A stretch of 63,769 nt of DNA, filler included, from Folioceros fuciformis (Eukaryota): assembly GCA_049999805.1 (NCBI GenBank). It is 5 parts of 5 records of this genome, joined end to end, with 100 filler letters (N's around TTAATTAATTAA, not from the genome) between each part and the next. Parts side by side here need not be neighbours in the genome. Positions count along the whole stretch, not along the records: positions 31,392 to 53,324 come from JBNGIO010006114.1; 4 more parts are not named here. One strand, 5' to 3'. Position numbers and translations under genes: made by a program. Under the pieces are notes generated by a model. It made no database searches, was not told the DNA's origin, and worked only from the letters and a program-made list of their open reading frames with translations. This document shows, piece after piece, positions 37,211-48,309 of the stretch. Every line of letters begins with the position of its first letter. Position 1 is the first letter of the stretch.

Positions 37211-40200
37211 CTCCCTCTTAACCTACGCTGGTTAAAAGTGAAGCTCAAGAGTGAAGAAGAAGGACGAGCTCACACGAACCCCAACTATCACCACGTTTCC
37301 TCGTGACGACACTTCAGTTGCCGTCATTACTTGTCACGATAAACTTCTGTGCCATGGTGATAATTGCGATCACATCCTACATTTGGTTGTTCATTCAGGC
37401 TACAAAGAGGGGACTTGGCGCTTAGCAGAAGTAGGACTTCGACAAATCAGTAGGGGCTTTTCTTCCAATTGCGGCAGTGCGCTACCATCGTCACCATTCT
37501 CTCCTACAGGATGGCATGCAACAGCTTTGACTCCTTGGAGATGGGCAGTAGCAGCATCAAGCATCTGAGAAATCCGCCACCTAAACAGCTTCCTACTCTG
37601 TCATCTCCCTCTGTAACTGGGAAGTCATGGTGGCCAAACAAGGCTAACATGGAGCTGTTGTGGCATCAGATCAAGGCGCTCGAGATGTGCAACGAACTGG
37701 AAGACCTCATCTCATATGCAAAGAAGAAAGCACGGGAACTGGAGGCCCTTTAAGCTAAGAGGCTTGCCGAGGATGAACTGTCGCTACCCTTAACACTTGC
37801 AGAGTATAGTACAGTGATGTGGGAGCCTGAAGAGCTTGGCTACATCCTTTGGTCAGCAACAAGTGAGAGGTAAACCTATCACCTTACAATACTCTAGCAT
37901 GTGATACACTCACGACTAGATTCTGCGCTTAGGCTTCATCCAATGAGGGCATCACAATGTTGACTTGCTATGAATAAGAGACAGTGAGAGCAAGCTCTGT
38001 ATTTCGTGCGGACAACTGGACCAAGTATGGATTATTGAAAACTGGAAAAGCTGACTTGCAAACTGTCTCCATGAAGACTGAACTAGGTAGGTCACGTATT
38101 GGTAGTGGGAATGGAAAATGCCCTCAGCCCAAGGGCTTCTAAGTTTTTGTAATGCTTCTCCTTGGATAGACCCTTAGTAAAGATGTCAGCTGTGTTTTCA
38201 TCTGTTGCCACATAGCTAACCTTAACAATTTCACGATCAACAACATCCCTGATATAATGGTGTTGTATTTCGATATGTTTCATTCTTGCATGAAATTTAG
38301 GATTAGCCACAAGCTCCAGTGCCGACATGTTATCACATAGGATGGGAGTTGGAGCTGTCTACTTCTGTCCTAGGTGAAGGTACGCTCCCACTCAGCCTCT
38401 TTTGAGGCTTCTGTTAAGCTTTTATACTCCGCCTCTGTCGATGATAAAGCTACTGATGTTTGCTTTTTATAGCTCCAATTAATAGCAGCTGAAGACAGCA
38501 GGGAACAGTATGTGGAAAGGCTTCGACGAGATTCTGTATCTGATGCCCAATCTGCATCCGTGAATCCTCTAAGTATAAGCTTTCCTTCATTACTACTTCT
38601 ATAAGCAAGTCCATATGATTGTGTCCCTTTTAGATAGCGAAAGACACGTTTGGTTGCTGTCCAATGTACCATGCCTGGATTTTCCAAGAACTGAGACAAG
38701 GTGCTGACTGAATACTGTATGTCTGGGCGTGTCCAGTTAGCTATAAATATCAAACTTCCAATCACATGCCTGTACGGTACTTGTGCCATCTCCCTTATTT
38801 CATTTGTTGCTTGACGACATTGTAAACTAGTGAGCTTTGTCCCAAGGGCATAGGGAGTAGTAGAAGGTCTAGCCTGTTCGAGTTTAAACCTTTTCAAAAG
38901 TTCCTGAACATATTGATATTGATGAATGAGGATTAGTTTTTCTTCATCATACTCGCAGCAACTAGATTCCTAGGCAGAATTTTAGCTCGCCAGTATCTTT
39001 CATCTTGAACTTATTACTTAGCATCTCTTTTACCTCTACTAACAATGGCTGACTGTTTGTGGCAAGTATGACATCGTCCACATACAGAGTAAGGATCACA
39101 TATTCAGTTCCTTTTGTCAGTTTATAGACATTACTGTCTGCAGAACTCTAGACAAAAGAACTATTTATAAGGTACTCATGAATGGTGAGATTCCATACTC
39201 GACCACTCTGTTTTAGACCATAAATGGTCTTTAGTAGCTTCAGTACTTGCTTAGGGTGTTTAGGATCCTCATAACCTTCAGGGTGTATCATATAAAGATT
39301 CTCATCCAGTGCTCCATATAAAAATGCCGTGCAGACATCCATCTGTTGTAGGTCTAGGTCGAATTCAACTGCGAGGGCAAAAATCATTCTTATGGATTGT
39401 GCTCTCACAACAGGTGAGAATGTCTCTTGATAATCCAGTCCTTCTACCTGAGTGAATCCCCCTGTGACCAATCTGGCCTTATACCTTGCTATCTCTCCCT
39501 TCGCATTAAGCTTTAGTTTGAATACCCAGTTACAGGAGATAGGTTTTCGGCTAGGAGGTAAGTCTACCAATATCCAAGTTTTGTTCTTCACCAGAGAATT
39601 ATATTCTTCGTCAACAGCAAATTTCCATTTGTTCCTTTCAAGTCCTGAGAATGCTTCTGTGAGGGATTTGGGTTCCAGATGTATAGTACTAGATGCAGAA
39701 TGGCCAATGTCTATATATGCTGTCATGAAGTCGATTGACTCATATCTTGGCTCTTTCCATTGTTCTGGTGGAGGGCGATTCCTTGTTGACCTTCTCAAAG
39801 GAGGATCTGGATCCTCATCAGGAGCAACTGGAGCAAGGTCTTCATCATCTCCTTCAGGTTCATATAACTCGTCATTTAAAACTCCCTCAGCTTCGTCAGC
39901 AACTGGGTTTATGGGTGGATCAGCTTGATTTGGATCAGGAATGAAAGCTTGTGGTCGATCAGGTACTAATACAAGAGGAGGAAGTATTGGGTCAACTGGC
40001 TGACCAAGCTAAGGAGGTGGTTGGGTCACTGGCTGACCAGCCTGTACATCTTCCTCATCTTGAGATTCGTCCATTGGAAAATGAGAAGTATTTTCTCCTA
40101 TCTTAGGTAAAGTTACTCCCTTAGCTTTGGAAAACCCTATTGGTTTATCAACCTCAAGAAATGTAACAGTACGTGCTAACACTACCCGCCTGTTCTCAAG

Positions 40201-43200
40201 ATCGAAAAGTTTGTAGGCTTTGGACTGTTCACTATAGCCAACGAAGACAAGTGCAAGGGCTTTGAATCCAGTTTCCTTCTCTTCTCCTCTGGGATGAGAG
40301 CAAAAGTACGAGAACCAAATACTTGTAAGTGCAGCAAATTAGGTTTTTGTTTCCAGAATGCTTCATATGGGGTCTTGGAAGGAATGGAGCTAGTGAAAAG
40401 TCGATTCAGGATGTATGTAGCAGCAGTAATAACTTCAGCCCAATACTCCTGAGATAAGTTTGCCCATAACAGCATACTCCTAGTCATAGACAATAGAGTT
40501 TGATTTTTCCGCTCTGCCACTCCGTTTTGTTGTGGTGTGTAAGGGATTGTGAGTTGACGCTGAATCCCCCTCTCTTGGAGGAGTGTATCAAAAGCATAGT
40601 TCAGGAAATCTGTTCCATTGTCAATCCGGATATATTTAACGAAATGTCTTGTTTGTTGTTCAGCCATCAAAAGCTTGAAGGTCTCACTCTTCAGTTGCAT
40701 TGGATATGTTCAAGTGTAGCGAGAGTAATCATCTGTGATGCATAGGTAATATATGGAACCTCCGAGAGATGGGATTTGTATTTTTCTAGATATGTCTGCA
40801 TGCACTAGTTCTAACACATTCGTGGCTCTATAGGATGCTGCAACTAGAAAAGAATGAGCCTTCTGTTTTGCAACAATGCAAGCTTCACAAGACGTCAGGT
40901 CCTTAAAGACTTGAGGTAAGGGTTCTAAATGACACTCTTGTAGAGACATGTCTACCAGTTTCCGTTTATTAACATAACCAAGCTTGGCATGCCACAGGAC
41001 AGCAAGGCGTTGGGAATGTTTGGAGACTAAGCTTGCCTTATGATGAAGGATACAGATATGAAGTCTATAGAGATCATGATCAAGTGTACCTTTGAACACC
41101 AGCATGGATGGATCTAACCTTTTGTAGAAAAGACAGATATCCTCACTGGCTTTCATGTCATGTATCCGCAATTGCATCAGCTTGCTAAAAGAAAACAAAT
41201 TCTTCGCTATGGAGGGTACATAGAGAACGCCATCCATGGTAAGAATTGATCCATCGTGAAGTGTGAACTTGCACGTCCCACAGCCTAGAATAGGGAGACT
41301 GGAATGGTTTTTTTTATCTCCCAACAGAACTCTTTCAACTGTATTATAAGCTTTCAGCATATAGAACTGATCCTTGTTTTTGCAGATGTGTGTAGTGGCA
41401 CCAAAGTATAAATACCAGCCACCCTCATCACTTATGGATCTAGCGAGGCAGACTGTAAGTATCTTCACCGCTGGTTTGGTGTCACCTATATTCTTCTCCT
41501 TAATCGCAACAGTTGCGGTATTCTTAGGAGTTCTTCGAGGTTCTCCTGCCTTCTTCTTCTTGCATTCTTGAGCTCAATGACCGGCTATGCCAGACCAATT
41601 GCAATTTCCAGGTCGTTTAGATGGGCCAAAGAAATCAGAAGTTTGTATAGGTTTACCTCCTGCCTTGCCTTTTCCTTTGAATGTCCTATGACTTGTTACT
41701 AATGCCTTCTCTGTTCTGCTCTTAGGGGATCCCATCACAAACATTTTGCTCTGCTCTTCCTGGTACAAGGCACCGATTGCCTCTTCAAGGGTGATGATGC
41801 TTACAGTTCCAGCAGCAGCGGCAGCATGTGCAGTCCACATAGGGCCATTCTGGCTAGTAATAAATGACTGGTACGAAGGTGGTAGTCTAGTGAGGAGCTT
41901 AGCAACAGCATCCACTTCACCCATCTTGGTTCCAGTGAGTGATGCAATTTGAGCTTTTAGATGTCGAAACTTGCTTGTGAAGTTCGATACCTTTTCTCCC
42001 TCTCTCATCTTTAGGTTATAGAATTCGTGTTTCACTGCACACAGGGTTAACACGTTTGTGACCTTGTAGGTCTTCTCCAATTGTGACCATATCTCAGAAG
42101 CATTTTCCAGGAATTCGACTTCTGGTACAAGGTCAGCATCCAAGCCTCCAATTAGTAGAGCAATGGCTATGCCATTGCGCTCATCCCACTCAGCAATCTG
42201 ATCTACTGTCGGGGCTGGATTTGCATTGGGATCCCGTTTATTTAAAGTCCCATCCACAATTTTCCATACGCGTCGAGCTATCAAGGTAGCTTTCATTTGG
42301 ATTTGCCAAATTGGGTACCTTGTGCCATTGAAGTGATCTTTCTCCTTCAGTTTTGACATGTATGTTGCCTTGGCAGGAGAGGTGGCCATTACTACAGGCT
42401 GGTTAATGTTGACAGCATGCTATATGAAACTTAGGCTCTGGAACTGACCAATCAAGGCATTTATGGATGCAGTAGAATCTGCGGACATAAGATCTTAACA
42501 AGGTAACTAAGGCTATGGCCCTAGTGACACAAGTTAGTAGCTTAAGCCCACTAGATCTCTTTTCCTTTTTGATTATTTTTGTTCTAACACTAGCATGACA
42601 AGCTAGGATCAAAGGGGAAGGATGAGTTCGAGGGGGAGAGGATACTTAAGTATTCTTGCCTCTTCGTACTCATCCTCCCTTTCATATCCCGTCTATTAAT
42701 GCTTAGTTTAGACTAATAACGTTTTGTAAGGTATGTATGAAAAAATAACTTAATTAATTAATTTTAAAAAGAGCATGTTCTTTCAGCTGAACCCTAACTG
42801 TCACTTCTTAGTGTCTCTTTAGGTGGACCAGTAGCATTTTGAGGGATGCAAAAATGCCAAGGGACACCTCTCTGATTATGACTCTTCAGATTTGTGGCCT
42901 CAGCAACGCCGGGTGTGGGGGCCTTTGGCTCTCCAAGAGCGGAAGCAAGGAAAGGTCATCGAATTTGTGAAGATCTATTGCAATTGGAGGCAGATCCTCT
43001 CAGATTCATATTCTGTGGAAGAACAACAATGCTCTTCATATCTTCTTTTATCTGTTCTGATTCCACAATTGCTGTATGCTCAAGGGAATTTCTTATATCT
43101 TCAATGTTGCTTAGAATCTCTTCTTGACTTTGTAGCAACAAAGATTGAATTTTCTCCACTTGCCTTAGCACAGCCAATTGCCTATAAACCATGTTGGTTA

Positions 43201-43610
43201 GAATCACTTTTGATGATCGTCCTGTTTGTGGTGCAGTTGGATATGGCACTTGACGAATTGGGTGTGGACAAGGTGGAGATGTATTCCTTCTCCTTTCGCA
43301 GCAATGTGAGGTCTGTCTCCCTCTTTGCCAATCAATTTTTGAATATCCATCATGTACATAATTTCTTCTCACATCTTGTCTCTATCCAAATAGGTGGTTA
43401 GGTTGGGGGCCACCTCTCCTGTTTATAGACTTTTGAGGCATTGTGCCTGCTGCTGTTTCATCTCCCAAACAAGAAGTGAGAACTTAGTTTATTCATTTTT
43501 CTCAGCAATTTGGCTGCTTTTCTCGTATTTCTGTGCAGCAGCATGTTTGCTAATCTTAGTAGACCAAGTGCAAGGTGCAGTGGCTGCATTGAATGGCACA
43601 TAGGGATTAG

Positions 43611-43622
43611 GCTCTGATACCA
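43611..43622 (-). promoter_or_regulatory. Primer-binding site complementary to initiator tRNA-Met
   Basis: gctctgatacca on the plus strand reads TGGTATCAGAGC immediately after the 5' LTR. Confidence 0.92.
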
Positions 43623-43833
43623 TGTAAACTATCAGAAGATAGTCATTAAGCATAAAAAAATGCAAGAGAGCCAGGATGATGAGACTTTGTGTACAATACT
43701 ATATATGTGTATATCTCAAGAGTTTTAAAAACAAAACTTTGTCAATATATATGGGCAACCCTAAGGGTATGACCCTTGAATATAATTTAACCTAAGCAGG
43801 TTAAATACGATTAATCACTAATTAACCCTAACA
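43623..43833 (-). repeat. 5' LTR of Copia #2
   Basis: Direct repeat of 37000-37210. Confidence 0.95.
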
Positions 43834-44566
43834 AGGACATCTGGCATGAAGTCCACAAGACCATGCAGAATCTCTTGTCAGCTCAGGACCGGGCCAAGAA
43901 ATCGAGCAACAAGCATAGGCGGGAAATCTCCTACAGCATCGGACAGCTGGTGTGGTTGCGAATCCGCCCTCACAGGTATCCATCACTTCTCCAGCAAAAA
44001 AACAAGTTGGCGTATCGATTTTTAGGACCTTTCTGGATCTTGCGCAAGGTCAATGAAGTTGCCTACATACTGGAGTTGCCCGCCGAGTGGCGCATGTCTC
44101 ACACCTTCCATGTGAGTATGCTGAAGCCAGTGATCCAGAGACCTGCCCAACTCGTCCCGCCGCCACCTACAGACTCCGCTACCCAAGACAGTCTGGAAGC
44201 CCTAGCCGCCACGGACAGTCTTGCTACTCTACCAACGAAGGACGACTCTCCAAGCTCTCCCACGACAACCAACCTGACCACCAAACCACCAATATCAGCT
44301 ACACCCCTCAACCAGAAAGCACGACACGGAAGCGGAATAGATCTCCTCGCCACCCCAAGCTCACCGACCTTGTCCAGCTCAACAGAATCCTGGAGGTACG
44401 CACCCGTCACCTCAAAAACCGATTTGTCCATGATTACTTGATTGCATGGAGCCAGGAACCAGACTCTTCTGCCACTTGGGAGCCAGAAGATTTCTGTAGA
44501 CGATTTCCCCACCTCAGCCAGCAGCAGGAGGGCCTGGAGGACTAGGCCTCTTGCAATGGGCGAGAA

Positions 44567-44969
44567 TGTTACGATCGCCAGGAGCAGGACCGCCCGTGAC
44601 GATCACTAGCAAGGAGAACGACGCCGCAGAGACGACTGGAACCCTACTAGGTCTAAGGCACCAAATAGGGTACCCACAAAAATCCCGAATCCCGATTAGG
44701 ACGGTGTGAACCCAAACGGGTATGAGAAAAGGCATGCTAGATAAAGTATACTTAGAAGTGTTACTTAAACTAGGGTAATTAGGATAATTACCGATTCACC
44801 TTAGGAAGTAGTTAGAGTCCGTTATTTGGGCCTTCTTCGCATGAACCAGGACCAGCCTTCTTAGGCCTTGGACACTGAAACTAAAGACAGCTTATCTAAG
44901 ACGGATCCTTCACGAATTCTAGATCCGACCCTGGAAATCTAGCTGGGTCTAGGAATCGAGAGCGTGACA
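44567..44969 (+). repeat. Probable 3' LTR of the chromovirus
   Basis: Follows the chromodomain stop and the purine tract gggcgagaa. Termini tgttacga...gcgtgaca are imperfect inverted repeats. No partner LTR was seen. Confidence 0.6.
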
Positions 44970-44989
44970 CTGGTGCTCCGGTTAATTAA

Positions 44990-45560
44990 GTCCCCCAGTT
45001 GGTGGTGAATGCTGTCTACGGCCAATCACTTTCCCGGAGGTGAAGTTGGTTGTAGCCAAAGTAGTCGTCCAAGAATGAATACACCATTCTGCCAACAACC
45101 AGATCTAGTATATTGTCCATGAACGGAAACGGAAAATGATCCTTCTTGGTTACCTTGTTCAACTTCCTCCAAACCTGACAAACGCGTATCTTGCTTGGCT
45201 GCTTCTTGGGAACTACTACGATTGCAGCTACCCACTCTGATGGGACAATGGGGTAGATGACATCCGCTTGGAGGTAGAGTTCCAACTGCTCCTTCACTTT
45301 CAGAGAATGCTTCAGATTCAGCTTGTACTGCGGTATTTTGATTGGACCAGCTCCGTGCACCAGCTCAATCCTATGTTCTTCCCACTTTGCCCTTCATGTC
45401 CATGTCATCAAAAGAGAAGACGTCAATGAATTCCGCTAGCAGGTCCTTCATTCTTTCCTCCAATACAGCATCGAACCAAGTTGAGAATTTAAGGACCTTC
45501 CCTTGCAGCACCTCAACGTTCTTAATCTCATTTGCCTGTACCCATTCCCTTAGATATTTT
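44990..45560 (-). mobile_element. Truncated Ty3/Gypsy reverse transcriptase fragment (non-chromovirus, Athila/Tat-like)
   Basis: LLAEFIDVFS, EHRIEL, SEWVAAIVVVPKK, KLNKVTKKDHFPFPF, YSFLDDYFGYNQ, TAFTTNWG. Confidence 0.85.
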
Positions 45561-45749
45561 TCTAGGCAGTCAAACTTTATGATAAGAAAGCAAGTTTATT
45601 TACCCACATGAATAACTATATATGCAAGACATTGTACACATTTTATGCATATAAGTGTCAAGAGTACCATACCATTAATTATCTAAAGAAAATCTATACT
45701 TTTAGTTTTCTAAAGAAAATCTTGCAACTATAATTCTAACTAGCTAACC

Positions 45750-46124
45750 ATGGATAATAACGGTAACATGAACCATGGAAATGTGTTCGATAATACCAAT
45801 ACCATTAATGATGGAAATGTGACAAGAAGGATTTATAAAGGTGATGAAGCCATGGAGTGCACTATTTGTTTAGGAGATATAAACAAACAAGACGAGATCA
45901 TGCAAGTAGACTTATGTCGTCACTCCTGTCATGAGCTTTGTCTTGCTACATAGCTCAATAGCATGGATGATTATCATCTAAAACGATGTCCTACTTGTAG
46001 AGGATTAATAGTGCAAGTAGATCATGTTTATATCACTCGTGATGACAACCACGATTCTATCCTTAATGATGATGTATTTTTCATTCAAGGTTTCATGATG
46101 TCCATTCTTCGTGGATGGCTGTAA
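45750..46124 (+). pseudogene. Intronless RING-H2 zinc-finger ORF with premature TAG
   Basis: CTICLGD...CRHSCHELCLAT*LNS...CPTCR. The TAG sits at the usual Trp position, and the frame runs 125 codons to TAA. Confidence 0.7.
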
Positions 46125-48309
46125 CCTCAAGGATGATTTAATTCTTGGTAATCATGTCATCTTTCATTGTGGTCAAGTGTTAATAGGGTCTTGCAATATA
46201 ACAAAAACTTTCAATTCATACAAAAGGTTTTTGAGAGTGTGTGTCTACATACGGGAACAAAGTTATGAATTTAATCTCACCAATATTGTTTAGAGATTAC
46301 AATATATTGTTAACAATTCTTAAGAAAAACATAAATGGTAAAGAGACAAACGATTCCTTGCTAAATCTAGTAGAACTGTGAGTATAAGGTGGCTACTGAA
46401 CAAAACTATGAGTTAATAAGGGGTCTGGTGGACAAGTGCGGAAGATGAAATATAGATGTATTATCTTTATATTACATGGATCCTAATACAAATTCATATT
46501 CATTTTTGTTAGTCTTTGTCTACTTTGTAACATTATTGTTTATCTACTTGTAGCATGTCTAGTTCATTTTATCTATCTTATTTTATCTATCATTATTATT
46601 ATATTAATAAAAATGACATAGCCATATGGTCTGCTATTAATTACTAATCATACCCTATTATGATAACCTAATTATTGACAAACGTGATTTATACGATAGC
46701 ACACCATCTTGCTTAACATCCATGTGTTATAAGTATCCATCCTATGGCCCTAAATGTTTATGACCAAGTAGGGAGGAAGTGTTTGCATAAGTATAAGTAG
46801 CTTGTAATTATTCACTAGGTCCAAGGCTATTGACATATTTGTGTTTCCTTGGAGCACGATGCATTGGTGATAGCTCAAAGGGCTAAGTAGTACTTAATTA
46901 CTCAATGTGTCAAAGGCCAAGCATATGTTTGTCCTTGGAGCATGATGTATTGTTTGTAGCTCAAAGATATAAATAAGTGGTGCCCCTTGTTGTAAGACTA
47001 ATCCAACATATTGTTTCTTGTTTGCAACGTTCAAAATTTTGAGGAGGTGAATTGTGGTTAGCCCTGCTACTTATGCAAATCCATGGCGCACTGTAGAGGA
47101 AAAAAACTTTCGGGACTCCCATTTTGAAAAGCAGAATGCACAGGTTATGTTTTTTTTTTATGAAGATACGGGTCAACTTAGTATGGGAATCAAACATGGT
47201 ATTTATACCCAAGTGGCTCCTTGGCCCTTGGTGTTTCGATAGGATTGAGTGACAAGACCGAGGAGAAGCGTGTTCAAGAGTGTCCTTGGCCCTTGATGGT
47301 TCAGGGGTACTCAGGTGTCTATATATGTGCCCCTCCCCCCCCCAAGGAAATAAGAAATAGGAAATGGGGTAGGGGCTTAGGTAGTGGTGGACTTAGGTGG
47401 AAAACCGGAGTGTGATGACTGGGCGATGGTAGCCAGTTGGGAAACGGTCGTGGAAGGGGAACCGGCGGTAGTCCAACCGGTAGCAGTAGAACGGAAACGG
47501 CAGTATAAAACCCTAGAGAGAGACAGGGGAACCTAGACAGTAATCGAGGCAGAAGCGGGAGTGAGAGTAGCCGCGGGGCGCGACGACGATCAGGAGCGGA
47601 GGAGGCGCAGCAGTGGGTTGAGCAGGAGCCTGTCCTCATCTTGAGTAATCGGCGACACCAAGAGGAGAGGGATTCCCTCCGATGAGACCCACCTGCGCTG
47701 CCGTTAGCAAGGGCCAAGAGCAGCAGCAGCGAGGTAGAGGTCCTATGGGAGGACCTACCTGACCAACGGCAGGGTAGGAGGGCCAGAGGTGGACCAATAG
47801 GGGGAAGGGCGCGATGACCAGGAGGGAGGCGCCAGGGCCAAGAGAGAGGCGATAGTAATTACAGTCTAGACCAGTTTTTTTTAGATTGTTTTGCTCGGAC
47901 CTATGCCGCTCAGCATTTAAGAGCGCTAACTCACCCCTAACAGACTTTATGGCGGGAAGACCGCCACTACCGTGTACAAGAGGCCAATTTGGGGCCTCGG
48001 AAAAATCAACAAGAAACCAGCCCGACATTCCGACCTTGTGGAAGCCTAGCGATGGCCGTTGCTAGACAGGAGGTCCAGGCAAGCGAGCGCACGTAGTGTT
48101 CTGAGGGTGCGAGTGTAGGTGGTGGATGCTCCGTAACCAAGAGCCGGGAACGAATCGGGAGGAGAGACCTCGCCGAGTGGGAGACGAGCTCCCCAGCTAT
48201 TCCCGTAGAGTGACGCGGAGTGGTAAAGGTGCTAGAGGCCGAATCCGCGAGTTTGGAGTGGAAGCGGATACCTCTTCCCGTAGCCTTCGGCGACCTACCA
48301 TCCCTTAAA

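Larger units (their letters stand above)
37000..43833 (-). mobile_element. Full-length Ty1/Copia retrotransposon #2 (LTR-PBS-extra ORF-gag-pol-antisense ORF-PPT-LTR)
   Basis: Paired 211-bp TG...CA LTRs and a 5-bp TSD AGGAC (36995-36999 and 43834-43838). PBS TGGTATCAGAGC at 43611-43622; PPT at 37211-37220. Gag 42389-41574, protease WYLYFGATTH, integrase, RT, RNase H, all with stops. Confidence 0.97.
35550..44969 (+). mobile_element. Ty3/Gypsy chromovirus (RNase H, integrase, chromodomain, 3' LTR), split by Copia #2; gag and RT not seen
   Basis: HVHTDASDLALGAYLSQ, YPVHDKEMLAI, ISMDFVTALP, HPESDGQIE. It resumes after 43838 with AQDRAKKSSNKHRR, FLGPF, HTFHVSMLKP and the chromodomain RILEVR...YLIAWSQEPDSSATWEP. 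Confidence 0.9.

Noticed and set aside
44970-44985. PBS-like TGGTGCTCCGG after the chromovirus LTR
   Set aside because: No confident tRNA match and no gag follows; may be chance.
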